Positions 1 through 11,067 of a stretch of 64,000 nucleotides of DNA are shown here, in pieces. Position 1 is the stretch's first letter; every line of letters begins with the position of its first letter. The notes beneath the pieces are model-generated. The model ran no database searches. It was given only the letters and a program-made list of their open reading frames with translations, and had not been told where the DNA came from. A program made the translations under genes and the position numbers. This DNA is from Candidatus Cloacimonadales bacterium (GTDB lineage Bacteria; Cloacimonadota; Cloacimonadia; Cloacimonadales; JAIOQZ01): the NCBI GenBank assembly GCA_963665815.1, contig OY762463.1:1856001-1920000 (forward strand), given 5' to 3'.

Positions 1-1073
1 TCAGCAGAGATCTTCATTTTTCCATGGTTTACAATAATTAGTGTACTAATATTATCAATAAGTTCATTATCAAGAGTTATCCGACTATTTCCTGAATAAA
101 AGTTGCCCGATTTGCTCAATAGAAACCTGAAATCCAGATGTTCATCCGTTAAAACAGCATTCTTAATAAAACGAAGATCATTATCAGGATAATCAGCCAG
201 GCACAAAATTGTTTTTTTGCTATCCAGAATGTTTATTGACGCATATTTCCTGTTATTATCCGGATTTACATCTCTCAGAGTATCAGAAATATTCTCACCG
301 AAAGCAACCATGGCTGATATTTTATGTTTACCTTTTCTCAATCCGCCAATATTTATCTCATGAGTAAAATCTGTAGATAAAAATTTGTACTTCTTCGTTA
401 CTTTACTAGAACCATCAATAAATATTTCTATGTTATATGGTCCCTCATACTCATTCAATCTTCCGGATATACTGATTATCTGATCTTCATTCTCAAAACC
501 TTTTTTGTTTGAGATAACTGATGTAAGGCTCAGATCATTTACGTCAGTTTTGATTTCAGGGATACACACCGAAACAGGGATATTCAATTTCTCGATACTT
601 GAAAAATCATTATCGTGAAACCAGCCGTCTGAAACCAATACAATTTCCTGAATAAGTTCATGATTGTATATCTTCAATAGCTTCCGAACGGAAGAGATTA
701 ATTTCGAATCTGTCGTTCTGATAGAATCGTTATGATTTCTAAGATTTTCTGCAAAATCAAATGTCTGAGTTTTTTTGCTGAATTGTTTATTCAGAGCATC
801 AGAGAAATCCTTGAAAACAGCCTTTTTAGAACCATTTGCAAGAGTCTCATTCATACTGTCTGACACATCATTCAGAACAATCACTTTGCTTCCTGACGTG
901 GATGTATTTTCCAGAGTCAGAACAGGATTGAATAAAAGAATAAACACAAAACTGATTGCTATTGCACGCAATGCAGCCAGAAGAATTCTTCTCTTGAAAT
1001 CAAGTTCCGGCTTTGTCCTTCTGTAGTATATATATGATATTACAATACTTAATAATATTACAAAGATTACCAT
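1..1073 (-). CDS. Membrane-anchored VWA-domain protein (3' end runs off the window)
   Basis: Not in the ORF track. ATG at 1073-1071 overlaps the upstream TAA (TAATG). Translation MVIFVILLSIVISYIYYRRTKP...LLAALRAIAISFVFILLFNP...VIVLNDVSDSM...IVLVSDGW gives two N-terminal TM helices, a MIDAS DxSxS motif and a downstream SDG. Confidence 0.75.
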   Translation of the reverse strand, partial: MVIFVILLSIVISYIYYRRTKPELDFKRRILLAALRAIAISFVFILLFNPVLTLENTSTSGSKVIVLNDVSDSMNETLANGSKKAVFKDFSDALNKQFSKKTQTFDFAENLRNHNDSIRTTDSKLISSVRKLLKIYNHELIQEIVLVSDGWFHDNDFSSIEKLNIPVSVCIPEIKTDVNDLSLTSVISNKKGFENEDQIISISGRLNEYEGPYNIEIFIDGSSKVTKKYKFLSTDFTHEINIGGLRKGKHKISAMVAFGENISDTLRDVNPDNNRKYASINILDSKKTILCLADYPDNDLRFIKNAVLTDEHLDFRFLLSKSGNFYSGNSRITLDNELIDNISTLIIVNHGKMKISA

Positions 1074-2353
1074 TAAAATAACAGTCTAAGACTTAATGCA
1101 GTCTCTACTCCTTTTGAATAATTACCTGGGAAAAGAAAATCATAAGATGTAACAGAGAAATCAATTTCTAATCTGTTACTTCTGTATCCTGAAGAATATG
1201 TGAAAGCATAAGCCGTTGTTTCATCTCCATTACTAAGCCCTAATCTTAATGGTACTCTATCCTTAACTATGTATTCACCTGCTATTGAAATTTGAGGTTT
1301 TGCACAAGTTGATACCGTTGTTTTTGTGCTTTGTTTCCAGTCAAAGGATACGTTAGAGCTTTCATTTATTTTATATAGACTTCCAAATTTAAACACTAAT
1401 GGAAGAGTTGTTGTCCAGCCTTCGGAATCCTCAGTAACATTATCACTTTCTATTACATCATCATCGAGTTCCTCAATATAAACACTGTCTGCATTGGCAG
1501 TAATGTAATTTCTTTCTGCACTTCCACTCCAGTTGATGAATCCAAATACATTATCAAAGGCAAGCCCAACTGATAAGTTGTCCATGATATCATCCGATGA
1601 AAAGCCTATTGAACTTTTAAGACCAAAACCACCAGCAGCTTTATCGAGCTCAATATTCTGATCAAGATGAAGTCCACCATCTCCGGCAATCAACTCAGCA
1701 TCGAACTTATGTGTCCTCATACTCATTAAACCGATCAATGCACTAACTGATACTCCAACCTTAACTTCCGGAATTTTGTAGTTACTTTCAGGGTTCTCAA
1801 TGAAAGGTAATACGTTTTTAAGGTAAAGACCGGAGTAAGCATATGTGACATCCGTATAACCAAGCACAGATACTCCATTTTCACTTTTATCAAAAGTATA
1901 TACTCTATTGTATTCATTTCCATTCAATAACAAATCAAAATATTTTTTCGAAAACTTCCCTTTGGCATAAAAGTTCGTACCAATGGAAAAACCATGGTTT
2001 CTTGATGAAGTGGCAAAAAGTAGTGTTGATATCTTAAACTTAAGTTTTACTGCATCTTCAAGCTCACCCAGAATATCTTTTTTATCGCTTTCTGTCAGAT
2101 ATTTGCCGACGTTATCATTGTACAAGTTAATAGAAAAAGAGTTGTTGAGTATTCCTCCACTGAAGCACATAAAGCTGTAATCCCGATTAAAATCCCTGTC
2201 ATTGGCAAGATTAGCCGGATTCCAGTATATTGCATTCACTCCATTTGCTCTCTGAAGAAAGCTCTCTCCGTACATTGCAGAAGCAGGTACATCTGTAGCA
2301 GATATAAGACTGACAATTGATAAAAGTGCTGTAAAAATTAGTAATTTTCTCAT
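1073..2353 (-). CDS. Outer-membrane beta-barrel protein (FadL/PorV/DUF5723-like superfamily)
   Basis: Signal peptide MRKLLIFTALLSIVSLISA, N-terminal AIYWNPANL motif, amphipathic strands and C-terminal Phe. Start moved to ATG 2353 (GAGGT RBS). Confidence 0.6.
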   Translation of the reverse strand: MRKLLIFTALLSIVSLISATDVPASAMYGESFLQRANGVNAIYWNPANLANDRDFNRDYSFMCFSGGILNNSFSINLYNDNVGKYLTESDKKDILGELEDAVKLKFKISTLLFATSSRNHGFSIGTNFYAKGKFSKKYFDLLLNGNEYNRVYTFDKSENGVSVLGYTDVTYAYSGLYLKNVLPFIENPESNYKIPEVKVGVSVSALIGLMSMRTHKFDAELIAGDGGLHLDQNIELDKAAGGFGLKSSIGFSSDDIMDNLSVGLAFDNVFGFINWSGSAERNYITANADSVYIEELDDDVIESDNVTEDSEGWTTTLPLVFKFGSLYKINESSNVSFDWKQSTKTTVSTCAKPQISIAGEYIVKDRVPLRLGLSNGDETTAYAFTYSSGYRSNRLEIDFSVTSYDFLFPGNYSKGVETALSLRLLF

Positions 2354-2360
2354 CAATACC

Positions 2361-3896
2361 TCACTGCTTAATATGTAGTTTTGCATCAAGATGCACTTTT
2401 ACGTTTATGTTATCATCAGGATTTATTATCACTTCTCCATCCGTACTCTTCATGTGAAGTCTCAAACCTATAAATATCTCATCATTCAGGAAGGTGTTTC
2501 TTATTTCATCATTATCCAAAAAAATAAATAATGAATCTGTAGACATTGCATTCACATGTGTATTCTCTAAAGGTCCGGGAATCTTAAGAATCGGATTATG
2601 GAAAATCTCAGTTGTATCATTAATACCGGAAAAATACAAACTTACTCCGGCACTGACAGGAAATGAATTATCAAGAATGATAGAAACTCCACCGCTCTTA
2701 ACATATTCCTCTATATCGGCTCTGTTATCTTGTGAAATGGTTTGCGAAAATGTTGTATCAGGTGTAATGGTATTTTCCAATAATGTAAAAATGAAAGGGG
2801 CTTCACCTGTAAAGCTACCTGAAACTCCGCATCCTGCTCTTGCAAAACCATTTATTCCCTCATCTCCCCCAATAACATAACTGGCTTCAGTAAGCTCAAA
2901 TCTATCCGGGAAGATATTTGCAAGATAACCAACCGAATCAGTTAAAGCTATAGTCGATTCACTTGGATGTTCAAAACTGGACGCAGCATCAAAAACTACA
3001 TCATCAGCATCAGTAATTCTTATAAATCGAGTTCTCCCAGTTTCAGTATTAATTGCTGTTAATTTCCCTCGAAACTTAACTTGAAATCCCAGCTCATTAA
3101 CAGTATGAATAAATAATTTTGCACCATCAGGAGCAATTCTGACAGTATTCTCAATATTGTCAGGATAGTTAATATCATTATCCTTCGCATAATCATCAAT
3201 ATTGAAAACCTGATTATAGAAAGTTCCTTTCATTTCTTCAAAATATATATCTTCATCAAACGACAGTCTTATCATATCACCAATAACAGGAGTATCATAA
3301 GAGGATGTCATAATAACACTCAAAGAATCGAGTAATCCTGTGTTATTGATGTCTCCAATAGTATAGTATTCATTCGGAGAAACATATGATAAATCAATTT
3401 CGCTATGTCCAAAATTCTGAGATGTATATGTCTTTTCCAGTACATTACCGTCCTGATCTTTTACTTCTGGAAATTGCAGAACAACAGTCTGAAGATTTCC
3501 GGTATTATGCTGAATATCAACATCCAGAGTCCATTGAGAGATAAGTCCGTATGAAACCCTTAAATAGCTGGTTGAAGATTCTTCAAGTATGTTTAAAGCT
3601 CCCTTCAATGTTGTATCCGGAATAATTGTAACGTAAGGATAAGAATTGATATTATTAGCCTTAATATGTATCGAGTCATCAATGGATTCACTTCTCAGAT
3701 CCCCCTCGTATTGCACAAATAGAGAATCGTTTCTAATAACAAAGTCTGTTGAGTCTTCAATCTCATGCATATAATATGTCTTGTTCAGTAAGGGCAAATC
3801 AAAGTTAACATCCCATTCTGGTGCCTCGAACTCTTTAACGCAGCCGCAAAGGATTGTTAAAATCAAAATAATACCCGCAATACAGATATTCTTCAT
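2361..3896 (-). CDS. Hypothetical lipoprotein, acidic and beta-rich
   Basis: Type II signal peptide with lipobox ILCGC; GGAGG RBS upstream. Confidence 0.65.
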   Translation of the reverse strand: MKNICIAGIILILTILCGCVKEFEAPEWDVNFDLPLLNKTYYMHEIEDSTDFVIRNDSLFVQYEGDLRSESIDDSIHIKANNINSYPYVTIIPDTTLKGALNILEESSTSYLRVSYGLISQWTLDVDIQHNTGNLQTVVLQFPEVKDQDGNVLEKTYTSQNFGHSEIDLSYVSPNEYYTIGDINNTGLLDSLSVIMTSSYDTPVIGDMIRLSFDEDIYFEEMKGTFYNQVFNIDDYAKDNDINYPDNIENTVRIAPDGAKLFIHTVNELGFQVKFRGKLTAINTETGRTRFIRITDADDVVFDAASSFEHPSESTIALTDSVGYLANIFPDRFELTEASYVIGGDEGINGFARAGCGVSGSFTGEAPFIFTLLENTITPDTTFSQTISQDNRADIEEYVKSGGVSIILDNSFPVSAGVSLYFSGINDTTEIFHNPILKIPGPLENTHVNAMSTDSLFIFLDNDEIRNTFLNDEIFIGLRLHMKSTDGEVIINPDDNINVKVHLDAKLHIKQ

Positions 3897-3906
3897 TTAA
3901 CCTCCA

Positions 3907-4908
3907 TTAGAAATAAATATTCGTTATTTCCTCTGAGATATTAATATGCCTTTTATCAATAATCTTGTCAATAATAATAGGAATTTTCTGAATATTCAAT
4001 GTCGTTTTCAATTTCTTAAGATACTTCTGTTTGAATCCCTTAAGCAAAGAAACATCTTTGGGGGATATATGAAGTGTCTTCCCCTTCTCGTACAACATCA
4101 CAACTTTCTCAACATACAATTCAGCCTGTACAAGTTCTCCAAATGCAGGATGATATGGTCCTGCTATGACATTGTCGGCATTGACTAACACATCTGAATG
4201 CAAGCCCACCTTAATGACATTAGTTCTATTTTTCTCAGATTCTTTAAAGAGAACAGCCGAATATCTGAGAGCATCATCCATAGATATTGGAGAATATAAA
4301 CCTTTTTCATACATTGTACAGAGCTCTGTATTTTTCAGTACAATTACAGGATATATCCTTATATAGTCGGGTTTCACTTCTTTGAGAATTCGAAGAGTCT
4401 CTGCAAATGTTTCTCCGGAGAAACCGGGAAGTCCTGGCATAAGCTGTACACACAGACGAAATCCACTCTCCTTAACTAAACGACATGCATTTATAGCTGT
4501 TTGTGAACTGTAACCACGTTTTGTACTCCTGAGCTCCTCATCTGAAAAACTCTGTATCCCCAACTCGACAACTCTTGTATTATGTGCTTTGTATAAATCA
4601 ATATCGCTTTTCAGAAAGCTGTCAGGTCTTGTGGAAAATCGTATGAAAGTAGTTATTTCATCAAAAAAGGGAGATTCTGTGACTGATTTCAGCAGTACAT
4701 CCTGTTCTGAGACAGGCAATGAAGTAAATGTTCCACCGAAGAAAGCAACTTCTCTCTCTTTAGAATCATCATTCCGTAGAAATCTATCAATTTCAGGTTT
4801 AAATTGATCAATTGAGAAATCATTCTTTCTTGTAATAATATTCTGATCACAGTATATACACTTGAAAGGGCAACCAGAATGTGGAATGAAAACCGGATAA
4901 ATTCTCAA
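3907..4908 (-). CDS. Radical SAM protein, Elp3/YhcC-like
   Basis: CPFKCIYC (CxxxCxxC), FFGGTF, STRPD and ELGIQS motifs; overlaps the end of rnc. Confidence 0.85.
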   Translation of the reverse strand: MRIYPVFIPHSGCPFKCIYCDQNIITRKNDFSIDQFKPEIDRFLRNDDSKEREVAFFGGTFTSLPVSEQDVLLKSVTESPFFDEITTFIRFSTRPDSFLKSDIDLYKAHNTRVVELGIQSFSDEELRSTKRGYSSQTAINACRLVKESGFRLCVQLMPGLPGFSGETFAETLRILKEVKPDYIRIYPVIVLKNTELCTMYEKGLYSPISMDDALRYSAVLFKESEKNRTNVIKVGLHSDVLVNADNVIAGPYHPAFGELVQAELYVEKVVMLYEKGKTLHISPKDVSLLKGFKQKYLKKLKTTLNIQKIPIIIDKIIDKRHINISEEITNIYF

Positions 4909-5678
4909 ATTTCAAGACTTGCACAAGCGTCTTTTGCAGCGTTCTGCTCAGCCTGTTTTTTATTGGAACCTTTCCCGAATCCGCATTTTTTACCATTCAC
5001 TGAAACTTCAACACTGAACACTTTCTTATGATCAGGTCCTTCTTCGTTCACAACTGTATACTCAGGTGGTTTCTGATATAAAGACTGTGAATACTCCTGA
5101 AGCTTACTCTTGAAATTTGTTAATGCATCAGTTTTAACGAGAAGCTCAAATCCTTCGAAAATAAACTTCTTGATAAAACGTCTGGCTTTCACCAGATTAG
5201 AATCAAGATAAATAGCACAAATCAAAGATTCCATAGCATCGGATAAGATTGATTTTCTCTGAGCTCCGCCTGATCGTCTTTCCTCTTCGCTCATCAGAAT
5301 AAATTTTCCCAGATCAAGAGTTAAGGCTTTCATAGCCAGAAATTTTTCAGATACTATTTTTGATTTCAGTTTGGATAATGTTCCTTCCGGACTTTCAGGA
5401 AATTTCATGAATAATTCTTCTGCTACAACAAGTCCGAGTATGGAATCTCCGAGGAACTCCATTCTTTCAAAAGCAGAAATGGCTTTTGGATCATTGTTAT
5501 TCTTTCTAAAATAAGAAAGGTGCATAAAAGCTGCACGCAGCAAAGAGATGTTCTCAAAATTGTAATTTATTGCTTTCTGAAATTCTTTTGCGTTTTCAAG
5601 CCAGACAGGATCATCTTCAAGTTTTTGATCCTGTCTGTTTGTTAAATATTCTATTATGCTTTTTAAAATCTTTTTCAA
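4905..5678 (-). CDS. rnc: Ribonuclease III
   Basis: ERMEFLGDSILG signature and C-terminal dsRBD (KSKLQEY...GKGSNKKQAEQNAA). Confidence 0.97.
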   Translation of the reverse strand: MKKILKSIIEYLTNRQDQKLEDDPVWLENAKEFQKAINYNFENISLLRAAFMHLSYFRKNNNDPKAISAFERMEFLGDSILGLVVAEELFMKFPESPEGTLSKLKSKIVSEKFLAMKALTLDLGKFILMSEEERRSGGAQRKSILSDAMESLICAIYLDSNLVKARRFIKKFIFEGFELLVKTDALTNFKSKLQEYSQSLYQKPPEYTVVNEEGPDHKKVFSVEVSVNGKKCGFGKGSNKKQAEQNAAKDACASLEI

Positions 5679-5696
5679 AAGCTGAAATACCTTCTT

Positions 5697-6941
5697 TTAG
5701 TTTTCGTATTTTTTAAATACAATAGTACTGTTATGACCACCAAAACCAAGTGAATTACTAATAGCAGTATTCACATTCTGTTTGATAGACACATTTGGAG
5801 TGTAGAACAGATCACAGTCTGGATCAGGTGTTGTATAATTGATAGTAGGATGAATTATACCTTCACAGATTGTCTTACAGCAGACTATAGCCTCGATTGC
5901 TGCAGCTGCTCCAAGAGAGTGACCTACCATTGATTTTGTTGAACTGATTTTTAAGTTATCAGCATGTGCACCAAATACTGTTCTGATTGCCTGAGATTCT
6001 GTTTTATCGTTAAGCGGAGTAGATGTTCCATGAGCATTAACGTAATCTACATCTTCAGGTTTGAGACCGGCATCTTTAAGGGCACCAGCCATAGCTCTTG
6101 CTCCACCTTCTCCATTATCGGCAGGAGCTGTAATATGGAATGCATCACAGGTTGCCATATAGCCTTTAATCTCAGCATAAATTTTCGCTCCACGTTTCAG
6201 AGCATGCTCAAGTTCTTCAATTACAATAACACCTGCACCTTCTCCCATTACGAATCCATCTCTATCCTTGTCGAATGGTCTGGAAGATCCTTTAGGATCA
6301 TCGTTTCTGGTACTGAGTGCTTTCATGTTACTGAAACCGGCTACAGCAAGCGGAGTAATTGCAGCTTCTGCACCACCTGTAACGATCGCATCAGCTTCAC
6401 CATACTGAATTGCCCTGAAAGCAGTTCCAATTGCATGGTTTGCTGAAGTACATGCAGATACAACATTAAAATTAATTGCTTTAAGATTATGTCTGATCGC
6501 AATATGTGCAGGAGCAATATTTGATATCATTTTTGGAATAAAGAAAGGAGAAACTCTTCTCGCTCCCTTCTGATACATTTTGATAGCTTCCTCTTCGAAA
6601 GTCAATTGACCACCAATTCCTGCTCCGAAGATACATCCTGCTCTTTCAGGCTCAAAGTTATCTGCTTCAGTTAATCCTGAGTCTTTTACTGCTTCTTCAG
6701 CAGCTATGATTGCATATTGAGTAAAATTATCGATTTTCTTAGCTTCTCTCTTGTCGAAATAATCTTTTGAATCATAATTTTTTATTTCAGCAGCAAATTT
6801 TACATTATAGTCTTCTGTGTTAAAATGGGTTATATAATCAATTCCGCATTTACCGTTTATAAGTCCGTTCCATGTTTCATCAGCGTTTTTTCCGATGGAA
6901 TTAATAGTTCCAATTCCTGTAACTACAACACGTCTTTTCAT
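5697..6941 (-). CDS. fabF: 3-oxoacyl-ACP synthase II
   Basis: RRVVVTGIG, SACTS catalytic Cys, NAHGTST, KSMVGHSLGA, NSLGFGGHN. Confidence 0.97.
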   Translation of the reverse strand: MKRRVVVTGIGTINSIGKNADETWNGLINGKCGIDYITHFNTEDYNVKFAAEIKNYDSKDYFDKREAKKIDNFTQYAIIAAEEAVKDSGLTEADNFEPERAGCIFGAGIGGQLTFEEEAIKMYQKGARRVSPFFIPKMISNIAPAHIAIRHNLKAINFNVVSACTSANHAIGTAFRAIQYGEADAIVTGGAEAAITPLAVAGFSNMKALSTRNDDPKGSSRPFDKDRDGFVMGEGAGVIVIEELEHALKRGAKIYAEIKGYMATCDAFHITAPADNGEGGARAMAGALKDAGLKPEDVDYVNAHGTSTPLNDKTESQAIRTVFGAHADNLKISSTKSMVGHSLGAAAAIEAIVCCKTICEGIIHPTINYTTPDPDCDLFYTPNVSIKQNVNTAISNSLGFGGHNSTIVFKKYEN

Positions 6942-7040
6942 ATCATCCTCTTTTTTTAATAGATTCTTACTTCAAAGAAAAAAGCTGTTTGAGATTTGTA
7001 AAAGAAACTTCATTTCTTTTAAAAATATCGAAAAGCATTT

Positions 7041-7068
7041 CCGGTCTCCCCAAATCTGAGAAGACCGG
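7041..7068. other. GC-rich hairpin between acpP and fabF
   Basis: CCGGTCT..AGACCGG inverted repeat just downstream of the acpP stop. There is no immediate U-tract on the coding strand, so it may act as an mRNA stabiliser or partial terminator. Confidence 0.5.
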
Positions 7069-7077
7069 TTTTTTAAA

Positions 7078-7311
7078 CTATCCTAATTTTCCTTTAAGAT
7101 AATCAATAGCGTTGCCAACTGTTCTGAGCTTTTCAGCTTCTTCATCAGGAATTTCAATATCAAATTCTTCTTCGAATTTCATGATTAATTCAACAGTATC
7201 TAAAGAGTCTGCGCCAAGATCTTCGATGAAATTCGCTTCATTAGTGATTTCACTTTCATTAACGTCTAATTCCTGTACTATTATTTCTTTTACTTTAGCA
7301 GCGATATCCAT
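7078..7311 (-). CDS. acpP: Acyl carrier protein
   Basis: [12 protein letters not shown] phosphopantetheine site; 77 aa, acidic. Confidence 0.98.
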   Translation of the reverse strand: MDIAAKVKEIIVQELDVNESEITNEANFIEDLGADSLDTVELIMKFEEEFDIEIPDEEAEKLRTVGNAIDYLKGKLG

Positions 7312-7331
7312 AAGGATCCTCCTTGTATTGA

Positions 7332-8078
7332 TTACATAATTAGTCCACCGTCGACATTAAGTGTCTGTCCGGTGATATATGAAGCTTCGTCAGAAGCTAA
7401 AAAGAGACATAAATTAGCGACATCTTCCGGTTTACCCATTCGAGCAAGCGGAATTGCCTTAGCATAAGATTCTACTACTTTTTCGTCAAGAATCTTTGTC
7501 ATTTCGGTTTCTATAAAACCCGGAGCTATTGAGTTAGCTCTGATATTTCTGGATGCAAACTCTTTTGCTGTTGATTTTGTAAAGGCAATAATTCCACCTT
7601 TTGAAGCAGCATAGTTAGCCTGTCCGGTATTGCCCATAATTCCAATAACTGATGCAATATTGATTATTGAACCTGTCCTTTTTTTCATCATAGGACGTAC
7701 AACATTCTGAGTACAGATAAATGTTCCTTTCAGATTAACATTAATTACAGCATCCCACTCTGAATCTTTCATCTTCATAATGAGATTATCTTTTGTAATA
7801 CCTGCATTATTCACAAGAACATCTATTTTTCCATATTTCTTGAATATATTGGAGAATGCTTCTTTTACATTATCTGCATCTGTGACATTCACAACATATC
7901 CGTCCGCAGCAAAATTCATTTCTTTAAGTTTTGCTACCGCATCATTCACTGCGTCTTCCTGAAGATCAATTATGATTGTCTGAGCTCCTGCTGCTGCAAA
8001 ACGTTCAGCAATCGAAAAACCGATTCCTCTTGCAGATCCTGTAACAATTACAACTTTATCTTTTATGCTTGCTATCAT
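7332..8078 (-). CDS. fabG: 3-oxoacyl-ACP reductase
   Basis: [16 protein letters not shown] and YAASK SDR motifs, within the fab operon. Confidence 0.96.
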   Translation of the reverse strand: MIASIKDKVVIVTGSARGIGFSIAERFAAAGAQTIIIDLQEDAVNDAVAKLKEMNFAADGYVVNVTDADNVKEAFSNIFKKYGKIDVLVNNAGITKDNLIMKMKDSEWDAVINVNLKGTFICTQNVVRPMMKKRTGSIINIASVIGIMGNTGQANYAASKGGIIAFTKSTAKEFASRNIRANSIAPGFIETEMTKILDEKVVESYAKAIPLARMGKPEDVANLCLFLASDEASYITGQTLNVDGGLIM

Positions 8079-9025
8079 GATTCTATCACCTCAATTGCTT
8101 TGTCAATATCTTCCGGTTTATCAATACTGATAACCTTAGCTTTTCGGTTGATTTTTCTCATCATACCGGCAAGCACTTTCTGCGGACCAAATTCTATAAA
8201 CAGTTCTACTCCACTGTCAATCAATAAATTCATAGAATCTACCCAAAGGACAGAAGAAGTAACCTGATCTGCAAGATTTTTTTTAATCTTTTCAGTATCG
8301 TTTGTCGGTTGAGCATCTACATTAGATACTACCGGAACATCAGTATCATTAAATCCGATATCGGCAATTTCTTCATTAAGCCACTCAGCAGCTTTCGCAA
8401 TCATTGGTGAATGGAAAGGACCGCCAACCTGAAGTTCAACAATGCGTTTTGCATTTTGTTCTCCGGCAAGTTCCATTGCTTTGTCGACTCCGGCTCTTGA
8501 TCCGGAAATTACTGTTTGAACAGGTGTATTATAATTTGCAGCAACAACGATTCCTGCCTGAGAAGCTTCTTCACAAATTGCTTTAACTGCATCCGGAGAT
8601 AATCCCAGAATAGCAGCCATTGCAAATGGTGATCCGTCGTTAGCCTTGATCATGAACTCTCCACGTTTATGAACAAGATGAAGAGCATCGTCCCAGTTTA
8701 ATACACCATTCGCAACCAAAGCTGAAAATTCACCAAGTGAATGACCTGCAACAAAATCAGGAGTAATATCCAGTTTTTCCTGCAGCGCTTTCATTGCGGC
8801 AACACTGTGAAACAGAATTGCTGGCTGAGTATATTTTGTTTCTTTTAATGATTCTTCAGGTCCTTCAAGCATTATACTCTTAAGCTGAACTCCATGTTTT
8901 TCATCAAACTTGTTTAACTCAGCAGTATATCCTGAAAAACCTTCGATATATTCCTTAGCCATTCCAACATATTGTGCTCCCTGTCCCGGGAAAAGAAAAG
9001 CTACTCTTTTTCCTTTGTATGACAT
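8075..9025 (-). CDS. fabD: Malonyl-CoA:ACP transacylase
   Basis: FPGQGAQ, TQPA, GHSLGE and FHS motifs. Confidence 0.97.
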   Translation of the reverse strand: MSYKGKRVAFLFPGQGAQYVGMAKEYIEGFSGYTAELNKFDEKHGVQLKSIMLEGPEESLKETKYTQPAILFHSVAAMKALQEKLDITPDFVAGHSLGEFSALVANGVLNWDDALHLVHKRGEFMIKANDGSPFAMAAILGLSPDAVKAICEEASQAGIVVAANYNTPVQTVISGSRAGVDKAMELAGEQNAKRIVELQVGGPFHSPMIAKAAEWLNEEIADIGFNDTDVPVVSNVDAQPTNDTEKIKKNLADQVTSSVLWVDSMNLLIDSGVELFIEFGPQKVLAGMMRKINRKAKVISIDKPEDIDKAIEVIES

Positions 9026-9035
9026 AATAATCTCC

Positions 9036-10034
9036 TTAATAGCGGAATAAGAGAGCGCCGGATGTCAGACCTGCCCCAAAAGCAGTCATCAATACAACAT
9101 CTCCTCTCCTGATATTTTTGAGTTTGATAGCTTCATCAAGAGCTATTGGAACTGTCGCAGCGGAAGTATTCGCGTATTTTTCGATGTTAACAATAACTTT
9201 CTTGTTCTGAATCTTAAGTTTCTTTCCAAGAGCCTGAATAATTCTCAGATTAGCCTGATGCGGAATAAGCCAGTCAATCGATTCCACATCCATCTTGTTT
9301 CTTTTCAGAACAACATCACAAAGATGATACATTGATTTTACAGCAAGCTTGAAAATCTTGTTTCCTTCCATGTGAACAGTATGAAGATTCTGTTGAACAG
9401 TTTCTTGAGAAGCAGGCATTTTTGAACCACCTGCCGGTTGAATCAACAGTTCACCAAAGTTTCCATCTGCCGACACTTCGGAATCAATAACTTTTGCAAT
9501 ATCAATATTTTCTGCTCTACTGAAAACTGCAGCTCCGGCACCATCACCGAATAAAACACAAGTCCCACGATCATTCCAGTTGAGAATTCTTGTAAGCGTT
9601 TCTGCTCCAATAACAAGTATGTGTTTCTTTGTACCATTTTCAATGAATTGCTGAGCAATGTTAGCTCCATAGATAAACCCGGTACAACCTGCAGAAACAT
9701 CAAAGGCTGTTGCTGTGTTTTTTATACCAAGTTTCTTCTGAACAAGACAGGAGGTTGAAGGAAAAGCATGGTCTCCGGTCACAGTACAGACTATAACCAT
9801 CTCAATATCTTTTGCTCTTAAACCTGCAGCTTCAATAGCCTGTTGTCCGGCTTTTGCAGCTAAATCTGAAGTTGTTTCACCTTCAGCAGCAACTCTTCGT
9901 TCCTGCATTCCGGTTCTGGTCCGGATCCACTCGTCGTTTGTATCGACCATGCGTTCCAGATCATGATTAGTGAGTACTTTCTTAGGTAAATATCTTCCTG
10001 TGCCGCTTATTTTTGCGAAATATTTTTGAACCAT
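9036..10034 (-). CDS. fabH: 3-oxoacyl-ACP synthase III
   Basis: AGCTGF, FGDGAGA, PHQANLRII and NTSAA motifs. Confidence 0.97.
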   Translation of the reverse strand: MVQKYFAKISGTGRYLPKKVLTNHDLERMVDTNDEWIRTRTGMQERRVAAEGETTSDLAAKAGQQAIEAAGLRAKDIEMVIVCTVTGDHAFPSTSCLVQKKLGIKNTATAFDVSAGCTGFIYGANIAQQFIENGTKKHILVIGAETLTRILNWNDRGTCVLFGDGAGAAVFSRAENIDIAKVIDSEVSADGNFGELLIQPAGGSKMPASQETVQQNLHTVHMEGNKIFKLAVKSMYHLCDVVLKRNKMDVESIDWLIPHQANLRIIQALGKKLKIQNKKVIVNIEKYANTSAATVPIALDEAIKLKNIRRGDVVLMTAFGAGLTSGALLFRY

Positions 10035-10071
10035 AACTCCTCCGAGTATGAAGGATCACTCTTTTACATTA

Positions 10072-11067
10072 TCACTCAACCATAAACGATTCAACAGCGT
10101 GTTCTATAAAACCTGATTCAGCTATTTTGGAACCAAACTTTATAGCATTCATTATTGCAGTGGAATTTGAACTTCCATGAGCAATTATCGTGTTACCATT
10201 CAAACCGAATAATAAAGCTCCGCCGTATTCTGAATGATCCAATTTTGTCTTTAAATATTTGAAAGCAGGCATAGCGAGGAATGCACCGATTTTTGTCAGC
10301 CAATCCTTCTGAATCTGCTCTTTAAGCATTTTCATGATCATCATGGCAACACCTTCAACGGTTTTCAGCATTACATTTCCGACAAAACCATCACAGACAA
10401 CTACGTCAACGTTACCGTCAAGCAGTTGCTTACCTTCAATATTTCCGACAAAGTTAATGTCATTTCTTTCCTGCAGCATAGAGTATGTCTTTTTAGCAAG
10501 CTCATTACCCTTACTGCTTTCTTCTCCAATGTTTAATAAAGCAACTTCAGGATCTTCTCTATTATAAAAAAAACGGGAATATACTCTCCCCAGTATAGCA
10601 AATTGAACTAAATGCTCCGGAGTACAATCTACATTAGCTCCAACATCAAGGAACAATGTTGGTCTGTTCAATGTAGGAAGCACCATTGCAATGGCAGGTC
10701 TCATCACGTTCTTTATTCTTCCGTAGGTAAATAAAGACGAAGCCATGACAGCACCGGTGTTTCCAGCACTTACCATAAAGTCAGCAAGACCTTCTTTGTG
10801 CAGTCGAGATGCAGTTACCAATGACGAATCCTTCTTCTTCTTTACAGAAGTAGAGGCTTTATCATCCATAGAAATAACGTCCTGAGCGTGTACAATCTCT
10901 ATCCTGTCAGCTGGATAATCGAATTTCTTCAGTTCTTTCTCCAGTACTTCTCTTTTGCCAACAAGCAGAATCTTTTCGCAGACGTTTTCCTTAATGGCCT
11001 GAACAGCTCCCTCAACTTCTGGTAAGGGAGCATTATCACTGCCAAATGCATCTAAAGCTGCTATCAT
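10072..11067 (-). CDS. plsX: Phosphate acyltransferase PlsX
   Basis: DAFGSDNAP, SAGNTGA, DVGANVD, CDGFVGN and HGSS motifs. Confidence 0.96.
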   Translation of the reverse strand: MIAALDAFGSDNAPLPEVEGAVQAIKENVCEKILLVGKREVLEKELKKFDYPADRIEIVHAQDVISMDDKASTSVKKKKDSSLVTASRLHKEGLADFMVSAGNTGAVMASSLFTYGRIKNVMRPAIAMVLPTLNRPTLFLDVGANVDCTPEHLVQFAILGRVYSRFFYNREDPEVALLNIGEESSKGNELAKKTYSMLQERNDINFVGNIEGKQLLDGNVDVVVCDGFVGNVMLKTVEGVAMMIMKMLKEQIQKDWLTKIGAFLAMPAFKYLKTKLDHSEYGGALLFGLNGNTIIAHGSSNSTAIMNAIKFGSKIAESGFIEHAVESFMVE

